Source: Legionella sp. (GTDB lineage Bacteria > Pseudomonadota > Gammaproteobacteria > Legionellales > Legionellaceae). From it: a DNA stretch of 64,000 bases. Made by a program: the position numbers and the translations under genes. This document shows, piece after piece, positions 30,559-39,846 of the stretch. Location of the stretch: contig JAFKHV010000017.1 of assembly GCA_017306715.1 (NCBI GenBank), forward strand, positions 5,220 to 69,219. Reading direction: 5' to 3'. The notes below the pieces were generated by a model that saw only the letters and a program-made list of their open reading frames with translations, searched no databases and had not been told where the DNA came from. Position 1 is the stretch's first letter. Each line of letters opens with the position of its first letter.

Positions 30559-31263
30559 ATGAATACTTTTAAATTTTTTAAAGAAATTGAATTGAATCGA
30601 TTTAAACAATTACATTTTCGCTTAACTGGCAAAGAAGTAAATACAGGTGAAGAATGGTCTTCCTTTAAGAGCGAATTAGTTTCTTGGCTCATTCTTAATC
30701 AAGGCTTGGATATCGATGTTCTTAAAACAAATTTTGGTTTTCGAGACGAGGGGGGTATTTATCGTTTTTTAATGCTGCCTGAGATTCGTGATCTCCTCAT
30801 GAATAAGATTCAAGTGCCGATTCACTTATTAACGCCTACGCTGCTCCAGAAGATTCATTTATGTAAACAACAGACAGAAAAAGCAGAGTCACCAATTTTA
30901 GAGTTACGCTCATTACTGGCTTTATATCCAGTATTTGAATTCATAAAACATCTTACAGATGAAGAAATAATTCTGTTAGAACCGTATACGGACAAAGTGG
31001 TGAGGGATTATTTTAAGGGCTCAACTTTACACCAAGTACGTACTCATTTAAATGAATTAAATTCTAATGATTTTGAACACCGCTACCAAGCATGTTTTGC
31101 GGGCTTGGCGGAAAATATTTTAGCAAGTATTATCAATCGCTTACGGTTACACCTTTATTTAACTAAAGGGCTCGCTCTCTGGGACGAAGATGCATTTCTG
31201 ATATATGAGCCTGAAGATGATCATTCCCACAAGTATTCTAAAAGAAAATGTACGGTTTCATGA
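30559..31263 (+). CDS. Hypothetical protein (234 aa) with C-terminal polybasic CaaX prenylation motif
   Basis: The translation ends ...EDDHSHKYSKRKCTVS followed by the stop. Cys lies at position -4, Val at a2 and Ser at X, preceded by the basic patch KYSKRK. No signal peptide. Confidence 0.65.
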   Translation: MNTFKFFKEIELNRFKQLHFRLTGKEVNTGEEWSSFKSELVSWLILNQGLDIDVLKTNFGFRDEGGIYRFLMLPEIRDLLMNKIQVPIHLLTPTLLQKIHLCKQQTEKAESPILELRSLLALYPVFEFIKHLTDEEIILLEPYTDKVVRDYFKGSTLHQVRTHLNELNSNDFEHRYQACFAGLAENILASIINRLRLHLYLTKGLALWDEDAFLIYEPEDDHSHKYSKRKCTVS

Positions 31264-32706
31264 ATTACGGAAGGGTGCTCCCATTCCATAAAACTTGTCA
31301 TCTTGCCTTTGGAGCATTAAAAGCCGTTTGGCCTGTGCCAGATGTGAGGAAAAAAGACGAGCTATAGTGGCTAGGGATCCCTGCTCAAGCTGGGCTAAGT
31401 AGTCAATAAGGATTTCTGGTGGGGCATTATCCCAGACTACATTTTTCAATGCTAAGGCCGCTTTTTTCTTTTCATGGGCAGAATAGCCAAAATTTTTTTT
31501 GCAGCCAAACAGACGCAAGGTTTTATTGTAATGCGCATCGTCACGAACAGCGAGCTTATTTAAATAATCGAGTAAAAGATATTTGCCGATTTCCTCGGCA
31601 ATCCTAGTGTATCCCTGCTTCAGTGCAATCATAAGTGGCGTTCTCTTTTTAGCATCAATGGCATGATAGTCTGCTCCTTTTTCAAGCAAAATCTTAACCA
31701 CAGCGAGATGACCACCCCATATTGCTCTATGCAGAGGCGTTTCTTTGCCGAGTATCTTGTGGCCAAAATAAAATTTTTTCCCGGCAATTTGAATATAAAT
31801 TGCTTTGGTGTGTTGAAGCGGAGTTTCAATATGAATATTTGCACCTTGCTGCAGGAGCCAGGTAACCATCTTTTTTTGTCCATACTGAGCTGCAATCCAT
31901 AAAGCAGTCTTGCCATCATGTAACAGTTCATCCACCTCGAGTTGCTGTTCTTTAAGCCAATATTGAAACAATTCAATATTACCTAAGGCAGAACTTGAGC
32001 TCAGTATCGCTCTTACAGCCATAGGTTGAAGTTGAAAGTTTGTCTTACAGTCATCTAAAAACTGCGCTAGACAGGGATAGTCTTTTGCGCTTAAAGACTG
32101 AAGCTTATCTTTATAAGCAAATAAATAATAATAATCTAGGTAATAGACCATGAGCTCATCATAAGTCGTGTTCCGTTGTAATTGCTCCTCGACCACAGCA
32201 AATGGTTGCAGACAAATAATTGACCAAAGCAGGGTTAGTTTATTATTTTCCAATAAGTTCTCATCCAAATAGCGTATAACACCTGAATAAAAGAAATCTA
32301 AAGCAGCTTGAAATTTGCAGTGAAGAGCGGCCCAGGCAAAAGAATTTAAATGCATGCGATCGTATATCCGAAGTAAATCGGGAGTAATGGTATACTTTTT
32401 TATTCCCTCCATATCATATTCTTTAATATAAGAAAATAGTGGTCGCACCGATTGTGGAATAGCAGAATATTCTTGCAGGTAAATCTCACGAAATGCAGTA
32501 AAAACAGGACTATCGAATTCGCTAGCAGCAGCGTAGGGAAAATGCTGCCTTAACTTTTTCTGCCATAATGATCGATCCCGACTTGCTAATAAAAAAACTT
32601 TATTGGGAACCGCTCTGAAAATCATTTCAGGATTTAAATAACTAAGGATGCGAATAATAATTTCGATGGGTAGTTGCATCCCAAACTCCAAAACAACAAT
32701 TTGCAT
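31258..32706 (-). CDS. F-box + ankyrin-repeat protein (eukaryotic-like, AnkB-type architecture)
   Basis: N-terminal F-box LPIEIIIRILSYLNPEMIF...SRDRSLWQKKL. Ankyrin repeats DGKTALWIAAQYGQKKMVTWLLQQGANI, ETPLHRAIWGGHLAVVKILLEKGADYHAID and KRTPLMIALKQGY. The start may instead be the second Met (MQLPIE). Confidence 0.8.
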   Translation of the reverse strand: MQIVVLEFGMQLPIEIIIRILSYLNPEMIFRAVPNKVFLLASRDRSLWQKKLRQHFPYAAASEFDSPVFTAFREIYLQEYSAIPQSVRPLFSYIKEYDMEGIKKYTITPDLLRIYDRMHLNSFAWAALHCKFQAALDFFYSGVIRYLDENLLENNKLTLLWSIICLQPFAVVEEQLQRNTTYDELMVYYLDYYYLFAYKDKLQSLSAKDYPCLAQFLDDCKTNFQLQPMAVRAILSSSSALGNIELFQYWLKEQQLEVDELLHDGKTALWIAAQYGQKKMVTWLLQQGANIHIETPLQHTKAIYIQIAGKKFYFGHKILGKETPLHRAIWGGHLAVVKILLEKGADYHAIDAKKRTPLMIALKQGYTRIAEEIGKYLLLDYLNKLAVRDDAHYNKTLRLFGCKKNFGYSAHEKKKAALALKNVVWDNAPPEILIDYLAQLEQGSLATIARLFSSHLAQAKRLLMLQRQDDKFYGMGAPFRNS

Positions 32707-32915
32707 TTAATTCTATCAGTATGAAAAAAATATATCAATTTTTGCTGAATAAACTAAGCTCTGTGTTTTACAAGCTTGCAGTGAGTTATTCCGGCTGCTC
32801 GAAACCAAATTTAAATCTCGCTCGGAGTCTCACTGCTTATGGCACATAAAGCAACCTCGAATAGTTTCAGGTGAATCTAACAATGCGACCTTATTGTTTA
32901 AAAATTACGGTATTA

Positions 32916-35900
32916 TTATTGTCTCTGTATAGTTGAAAAATTGATTTCCGGAGCACCGGGATCTTCCTGTAAGGTTTGCGAAGTCTCAAACAGGACAAAA
33001 TTCTTTTTTGGTTTATATTCATCTATCATCCTCACGATTGAATCCAATCTTAGTATGCGTGCTATCTTACGTGGAGTTATTTGGAAAATTCCAGTGTTTT
33101 CATTGGCGGGAATAGGATAATCCACCCCTTTCGCTTTAAGAAATTCACTTAAAGATTTAGCGGTAAATTTTCCGGGTAATTTTATGTCTGCCCCACATTT
33201 TAGGAGCAGTTCAACAATGTCTTCATGCCCATTATATACTGCCAAAAATAGGGGGGTTGCATCCAGCGCACCCTGAATATTTAGGTCTGCATGCGCATGA
33301 ATTAATTTTTTAACCAACGCCAAATAACCCTCTTGTGCTGCTATGTGCAGGGGGCTCTTCTCATCAGCTTGCGCGTTAACGTCAAGGCCTTTCGTGATTA
33401 ATAAATCTAAAATTTTTCCACGGTTGTATAGACAAGCAAAGGTAGCAAGGTTATGTTCTTTAATTGCACTGTTCACTACCTGGCTATCAAATTCCAGTAT
33501 GTTTTTTAATATATTAACACTATCAAACCGAATTGCTTGTAAAGCAAATTGGGTAATATCGTTTTCAATATCATCATCAAAACAGGGATAGTTCATTAGT
33601 ACTGAATATATCTCCACTGCGTCGGGTAGCAACGTAGTTTGCAACAACTGTTCGATGAAATCAGCTTCCAGCGGATTTTGAAATGCATGAGGAAACAGTT
33701 CATTGAAAACATGTAGACTATTATTACGTATTGCTTTTTCAAGACATATTTTTTTGGTTTCATCTGTCATTTTTTTTAAATAAGTTTTAATACCTTCGAC
33801 ATCATCATAAGTCGCCATTAATGGACAAACATCTTTTGGTTCCAGGCAGTAAAATTTGATACGAATTTTTTCAAGTTCTATCTGAATTTTTTTAGTGCTC
33901 ATCGCGCTTTCTATCAGACAGACGGTGCTATTCAAAATAAATTTCTCCGGGTCTGAGCATGTTCTTGAGAAGCCCTCATATATAGCATCGATTAATTCGG
34001 TTCCTACCGATGGGAAAAATTTGGTTGGATAATGATCTAAATCCAGTAAGTGCCAGCTATTGGAAACGTTGGGAGTAAAACTGAGAGAAAGACTAAGTTG
34101 TTCGTTCGCAAGATGAATGATTGCTAAATCTTCAGGGTTCAATGATAAAAATATTTCTTGTAGTTGTTGTAAATACTTCCGTAAACTTTTGGCACTAAAA
34201 GATGTTGTCAAAGTGTGTTTTGGGCTCACCATTTTATTTGAAAGATTTAAATGATGGTCCCCCATAAGAGGTGTGTTATTCGCAAGAATTTTTATAACCT
34301 TATGACCACATAATGAAAGACTTAAAAAATCTAATGGCGATAATAAATTGGGTTCCGTTCTAAAAGCCATAGCATGACTTGCTATATCTTTAGCAGTAAT
34401 TTTTAGTATGAGTTTATGGTTTATTTTTAAGATTTTATATAAAAACTCTTGCCCCATCGTACTTATGGAAAGCCAAAAAAATGGTGTTGTATTCGGATGA
34501 TACATTGATTGGGCAGGCATCTTGTAAAAAAGAATTTCATAAGGTAAAGACATATAAAGAGTAGTTGCCAAATGATCAAGAAGTCCAATACCGTAAAAGC
34601 TACGACATAAGTGGAAAAATAAGGGTTCTTTATATATTGAGTCAACTGGTTTGATGAGTCTTTCAATGGACAGCGCATCAAAAATTTTCTTCCTGTTACT
34701 CATAAACAAATTGTTAAACTCCTTTTTAAATTTACTTTTATTCAGATGCGTGAATAAAATGTCACCATTGTTTAATGGGTAGTCAAAAAGAAGACTTATA
34801 AGACGTTCGTGGGCGAATAAATTTTTTAAATTATTTAAGGTAAGTTTATCCATCAAACCCTGACAATATTCTTTAGAGGTTAATTTAGGCTTCACAGGCA
34901 CTTCTTTTTGGCTTAGTGTTAATTCCTTCTCATTTTTTACAATAACTTTTTTTTGAATGCTCTTTTTAACGCTTGGTTGTGGTATGATTTGGCGGTTTGT
35001 CTGCGGTGGTTGAGCTTGGTTTAAGTGTTGTTGGACGTCTTGCTCATTCAGCTGTAGGTAAGTACTCATAATGGTACGAGCAAGCTCATATTCACCTTTT
35101 TTAAGATGGTGTTCGACCAATTGTCCCCATTGTTCCTTCGGGTTTGTTTTTCCTTCAGGTGATGGAGCCTCCTGGTTATATTGCATTAATTTTAAGTTTA
35201 ATAATTGATTGATTTTATTTGCAAAATCAGTCATTTCATCGATGAAATATACCTCATGTACAGCACGTGTTAGCATCACAAAAAGTTTGTTGATTCGTAT
35301 TTCATTTTCTGGAGACAAGGTCATATCCTGATTTTTTTTAGTAAAAAAATTAAGTCCTTGTGACCAAAAATTAACACAAATAACCTGATCAAACTCTAAA
35401 CCTATCGCTTGCTCAGGAGTTAAAACGTAGTGAAAATTGTGCCCTGCAAACACGCTTTTTAACTTAGGTGATAAAATGCCACTATAAATCACGGGTGTGA
35501 CGCGATTGGTTAAAAAAGAAATCTGATTTAACGCCTCCAGTTTTACCCACTCAACACTTCCCTTATTATTTGGCATAGCCGATTTCAACGAGGAATAAAT
35601 TCGCCGTTTGCTTTTACCGGCAAGGCTATATTTGAACTCTAATACTTTGTTAGCAACCGCTATTATTTCAGGATCAGAGCGCCATACTGTGGGTAAAGTA
35701 ACCTTGGTATATTTTCCAAAATTTTGATGCATTTGTGCCTTGATACCACCTAGGAAATTACCTGCTAGATGGACATTTTGTTCTGTATCAAGACAACCTA
35801 CGAAATTATTCTCTAGTGTTATTTTCATTAATTGATCGATCGTTACAGGAGATAAATTTTGCATTTCATCACAAAAAATAACATCATAACGACGGTGAGT

Positions 35901-36848
35901 AGATGGTAAATGACTGATCATTTCGTCATAAAGCTTATTCTTTACCAAGTGTTCTCGCCATTTGGGTAATAATGCAATGAGCATTTTTTGCAGCTCAGGG
36001 TTTCCAGAGGCATGGGATTGTCTTAATCCTAATTTCAGGTACTGGTCTTCTTGCATCGAATGGATCAAGCTTAATTCATAATAAATAATCGCTGCAGGTG
36101 CTTTGATGTTTTTGTATGAGCCAAGCCATTGAGTAAAATCGCTATAACGAGCTAAACGCCCTTGAGGATAAGCTTCGTGTAACAGATCAGTCCAGGTTTT
36201 AAATAATACAGTTGCGCCCTCCGGGATTTGTTCTGCAAGCAATTGTTGATTTAATTTATCCAGAAGGTCGCGAGAGCGGGACACGTAGAGAATTGTTTGA
36301 TTTTTTGCAGAATCGATGTGGAGCATGCGCTTCAAGAGCTGAAATAGGAGTACGGTCTTACCGGAACCAGGTGGTCCCATAAGTAAAAGAGGTAAGCGAT
36401 ATTGTAGTGCTTGATATTGATGCTCATCGAGAACCAAAATTTGTCTAGACAAAGTAACTGCAGGCTTTATGGTTAAGGGTGTTTCGTCGGCTTGATGCTC
36501 CTCCAATAGTGAGTAAGAATCGATATAATTCACGCTTGGATTACTTAATTGCTTGCGTAGTTTGCCATAATTATGAGGATTACTCGCAAGGATCAGTGGC
36601 ACACGTTTTCCTTGGAAGTCGATAAATCGAAAAGCCAGGCGATTTTTTTTATCTAACTTAAGGCGATAAACGGCCTGACCTTCATGGGTAATGCCGATCA
36701 GCTTTTTTAAACCAATTTCACCTGTGACCAAGCGTCGCAAGATACCCGTATAGAGTTCTAGCTCATCCCGAGTGATGTGTGTTGTATCAAAGAGAATATC
36801 AGGCATTAACTGCTCCATAGAATGCACAAAATGGTGCAATTGTATCAT
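32916..36848 (-). CDS. Giant (1310 aa) SF1 (UvrD/Rep-like) helicase-type P-loop NTPase fused to C-terminal ankyrin repeats
   Basis: Walker A LLLMGPPGSGKTVLL, Walker B/motif II YDVIFCDEMQNLSP, a WRS motif, LTPEQAIGLEFDQVICV and LFVMLTRAVHEVYF (motif VI-like). About 600 aa are of unknown fold. Ankyrin repeats follow: KSPLHIAAQEGYLALVKKLIHAHADLN and ATPLFLAVYNGHEDIVELLLKCGADI. Confidence 0.75.
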   Translation of the reverse strand: MIQLHHFVHSMEQLMPDILFDTTHITRDELELYTGILRRLVTGEIGLKKLIGITHEGQAVYRLKLDKKNRLAFRFIDFQGKRVPLILASNPHNYGKLRKQLSNPSVNYIDSYSLLEEHQADETPLTIKPAVTLSRQILVLDEHQYQALQYRLPLLLMGPPGSGKTVLLFQLLKRMLHIDSAKNQTILYVSRSRDLLDKLNQQLLAEQIPEGATVLFKTWTDLLHEAYPQGRLARYSDFTQWLGSYKNIKAPAAIIYYELSLIHSMQEDQYLKLGLRQSHASGNPELQKMLIALLPKWREHLVKNKLYDEMISHLPSTHRRYDVIFCDEMQNLSPVTIDQLMKITLENNFVGCLDTEQNVHLAGNFLGGIKAQMHQNFGKYTKVTLPTVWRSDPEIIAVANKVLEFKYSLAGKSKRRIYSSLKSAMPNNKGSVEWVKLEALNQISFLTNRVTPVIYSGILSPKLKSVFAGHNFHYVLTPEQAIGLEFDQVICVNFWSQGLNFFTKKNQDMTLSPENEIRINKLFVMLTRAVHEVYFIDEMTDFANKINQLLNLKLMQYNQEAPSPEGKTNPKEQWGQLVEHHLKKGEYELARTIMSTYLQLNEQDVQQHLNQAQPPQTNRQIIPQPSVKKSIQKKVIVKNEKELTLSQKEVPVKPKLTSKEYCQGLMDKLTLNNLKNLFAHERLISLLFDYPLNNGDILFTHLNKSKFKKEFNNLFMSNRKKIFDALSIERLIKPVDSIYKEPLFFHLCRSFYGIGLLDHLATTLYMSLPYEILFYKMPAQSMYHPNTTPFFWLSISTMGQEFLYKILKINHKLILKITAKDIASHAMAFRTEPNLLSPLDFLSLSLCGHKVIKILANNTPLMGDHHLNLSNKMVSPKHTLTTSFSAKSLRKYLQQLQEIFLSLNPEDLAIIHLANEQLSLSLSFTPNVSNSWHLLDLDHYPTKFFPSVGTELIDAIYEGFSRTCSDPEKFILNSTVCLIESAMSTKKIQIELEKIRIKFYCLEPKDVCPLMATYDDVEGIKTYLKKMTDETKKICLEKAIRNNSLHVFNELFPHAFQNPLEADFIEQLLQTTLLPDAVEIYSVLMNYPCFDDDIENDITQFALQAIRFDSVNILKNILEFDSQVVNSAIKEHNLATFACLYNRGKILDLLITKGLDVNAQADEKSPLHIAAQEGYLALVKKLIHAHADLNIQGALDATPLFLAVYNGHEDIVELLLKCGADIKLPGKFTAKSLSEFLKAKGVDYPIPANENTGIFQITPRKIARILRLDSIVRMIDEYKPKKNFVLFETSQTLQEDPGAPEINFSTIQRQ

Positions 36849-36880
36849 TCAAGAGCTTTTTGTGTTAATGATTTCTCCTA

Positions 36881-37081
36881 TTAAGTTCCTGCCTCAAGGC
36901 ATTGGTTGGTAGCTGTTTTTGTACAAAGAGAATCGCAGTCGGTAATAGAGGACTGCTGACATTTGCTATGACATTCTTTAAAAATTATATGGACGCAACG
37001 CTCTATAGGTGGGGGTATGCTGGAAAATCCACTTGAAAAAACCAATACCATAAATAGCACACTTAAAGATAGTTGTTTCAT
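36881..37081 (-). CDS. Small secreted Cys-rich hypothetical protein (66 aa)
   Basis: Signal peptide MKQLSLSVLFMVLVFSSGFSS. The mature part has 6 Cys (CVHIIFKECHSKCQQSSITDCDSLCTKTATNQC). It lies 9 nt after the reductase gene and 32 nt before the giant gene. Confidence 0.5.
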   Translation of the reverse strand: MKQLSLSVLFMVLVFSSGFSSIPPPIERCVHIIFKECHSKCQQSSITDCDSLCTKTATNQCLEAGT

Positions 37082-37090
37082 GAGAAAGCC

Positions 37091-38098
<1,008 letters not shown>

Positions 38099-38212
38099 TT
38101 AATGTTTAATTTTTTTCCATGTTGCGAAGATAATTTATAGTATAGATGAGAAGTTTATGAAATAAAGCTAATGACTAAGAAAGAAGAGAATCAACATAAA
38201 AATCAATAAGAT

Positions 38213-38240
38213 AAAGGCTATGATTAACTTCATAGCCTTT
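38213..38240 (-). terminator. Intrinsic terminator downstream of the permease gene
   Basis: AAAGGCTATGA (38213-38223) pairs with TCATAGCCTTT (38230-38240) across a 6-nt loop. On the minus strand a T-rich tract follows (ATCTTATTGATTTTTAT). Confidence 0.6.
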
Positions 38241-38247
38241 ATGGCCA

Positions 38248-39618
38248 TTAATGTTTTTTTGCGAAGAACCAAGGAATGGCTACAAATAAAATGAGTCCGC
38301 CGATAAGAAAACTTTCAAACACCACCACATTACCTACCGGTATTTGGGAGGGCGGGGCAAAACCCACGAGCATTGCGCTAATACAGCAGAGTACACCAAT
38401 ACCACAAAGAAGCCACATCACTTTATTGCCGCCTGGTACAACATAACCTCGAGGTTGCTCTGGTTGACTGTATCGCAGACGCACAGCTGCCGCAAACATG
38501 AAGAGATAAACTAACAAGGCCATTTGTGCACTTAAATCACTAAGCATCCAATAAGCGGCATTAATTGATGGAAGCAAAATGAATACAGTGCTGAGAATGG
38601 TAACAATGATTGCCTGAGTGAACAGGATTATAATCGGAGCCCCATGCCGATTAGTTCGTGCAAAGATTGCCGGTAGCGAACCATCACGTGCTGAGACCAG
38701 TAATCCTTTGGTTGGCCCGATGATCCATGCTGAAACACCGCTTAGGCCGCCAAGAATGATCAACACGGCAATTACAGAGGTCATCCAGGGCATATGATAC
38801 GATTGGAAAAACACAGAATAGGCATCAATAAGCCCGGAAACTACGCTTAAGTTATCATTAGGTACTACAATGACGATCGCCAGGGATCCTAACGATAACG
38901 TTGAGATGATTAAAATCGTAGAATATAGCAAAGCACGCGGGTAATCTCGTTGAGGATCTCTAACCTCCTCAGCATGTACGGCGGACATTTCCATGCCGAT
39001 GAGTCCAAATAATACTGCAGCAAAAAGAGAAAGATTACCAATGGATTTAAAGTCGGGTAGCCATACCGAGGGATAATCCACTGCCATGGGTTTGCCTTGT
39101 AACGCCCAGATTATCGCCAGGCTGATTATTAAGATCATGGGCAATACGGTTCCAATCGTCGCGCCGATAATGCTCACAATACTGGAAACTTTCATTCCAA
39201 AACAATTGAGTAAAGTAAATAACCAAAATAACCCAATGACCGTACCTAGAAGATAAAACTTATTATTGGCAAGCTCGGGCGCGATTAGATAAGATAAAGT
39301 GGCGGCAATAAACGCAAGGATTGTGGGGTACCAAACCACGTTGTAAATCCATTGTAGCCAGATGGTGATAAAGCCTGCGCGCTTGCCAAATGCCTCCCGA
39401 ACCCAGAGATAAATACCTCCAGTACTGGGGTATGCTGTGGCTAATTCAGCAGCAACCAATGCCACGGGAATAAAGAAAGCAAAGGCTGCAATCACGTAGT
39501 AAAAGACCAAGGAAAGACCGAGTTTTGCACTGATTGGTAACGTGCGTAAGCTATCCACAGCGATTACATTAATCATTACCAGTGAAAAAACGCTTAAAAC
39601 TTTTTTCGGTGGATTCAT
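38248..39618 (-). CDS. APC-superfamily amino acid permease
   Basis: About 12 predicted hydrophobic helices. N-terminal FSLVMINVIAVDSLRTLP and the GGIYLWVREAFG motif are typical of amino-acid/polyamine/organocation transporters. Confidence 0.85.
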   Translation of the reverse strand: MNPPKKVLSVFSLVMINVIAVDSLRTLPISAKLGLSLVFYYVIAAFAFFIPVALVAAELATAYPSTGGIYLWVREAFGKRAGFITIWLQWIYNVVWYPTILAFIAATLSYLIAPELANNKFYLLGTVIGLFWLFTLLNCFGMKVSSIVSIIGATIGTVLPMILIISLAIIWALQGKPMAVDYPSVWLPDFKSIGNLSLFAAVLFGLIGMEMSAVHAEEVRDPQRDYPRALLYSTILIISTLSLGSLAIVIVVPNDNLSVVSGLIDAYSVFFQSYHMPWMTSVIAVLIILGGLSGVSAWIIGPTKGLLVSARDGSLPAIFARTNRHGAPIIILFTQAIIVTILSTVFILLPSINAAYWMLSDLSAQMALLVYLFMFAAAVRLRYSQPEQPRGYVVPGGNKVMWLLCGIGVLCCISAMLVGFAPPSQIPVGNVVVFESFLIGGLILFVAIPWFFAKKH

Positions 39619-39812
39619 GGTTAATCCTTAATTAATACAAAAATAGTGAATCAGGGGTCAATGGCTAAGCGGATGTAATTAAGGATTTTTGGAAATAAAA
39701 AGACTCCATGCACCTACCTGTATTCATTGTCTAAACTGAGGTCGCGAAGTATAGCATTGAGACAAATAAGTGACAATAAGAGTCAGAACATTGTTGGGTA
39801 GCAAAAGGGATA

Positions 39813-39841
39813 ACGACCTCCTCAAAACGTGAGGAGGTCGT
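39813..39841 (-). terminator. GC-rich hairpin downstream of acnA (terminator, possibly bidirectional)
   Basis: ACGACCTCCTC (39813-39823) pairs with GAGGAGGTCGT (39831-39841) across a 7-nt loop. It starts 6 nt beyond the acnA stop. T-rich runs follow on both strands (GATTTTT on plus, CCCTTTTGC on minus). Confidence 0.6.
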
Positions 39842-39846
39842 GATTT

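Noticed and set aside
13521-31258. A faint common pattern between the C-terminal regions of the 611-aa orphan (LFHVHGEKGIRRANSF) and the F-box protein (LFGCKKNFGYSAHEKKKAALAL). The two loci are 11686-13521 and 31258-32706.
   Set aside because: The similarity is limited to a few hydrophobic and basic positions and cannot be distinguished from chance without a statistical alignment.
32916-36848. Interpreting the giant SF1-helicase-like gene as an anti-phage defence system (Gabija/Hachiman-like helicase).
   Set aside because: There is no partner nuclease or ATPase gene and no neighbouring defence genes. The fusion to ankyrin repeats within a cluster of F-box and CaaX genes fits a host-directed protein better. 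This is not excluded, only less likely.
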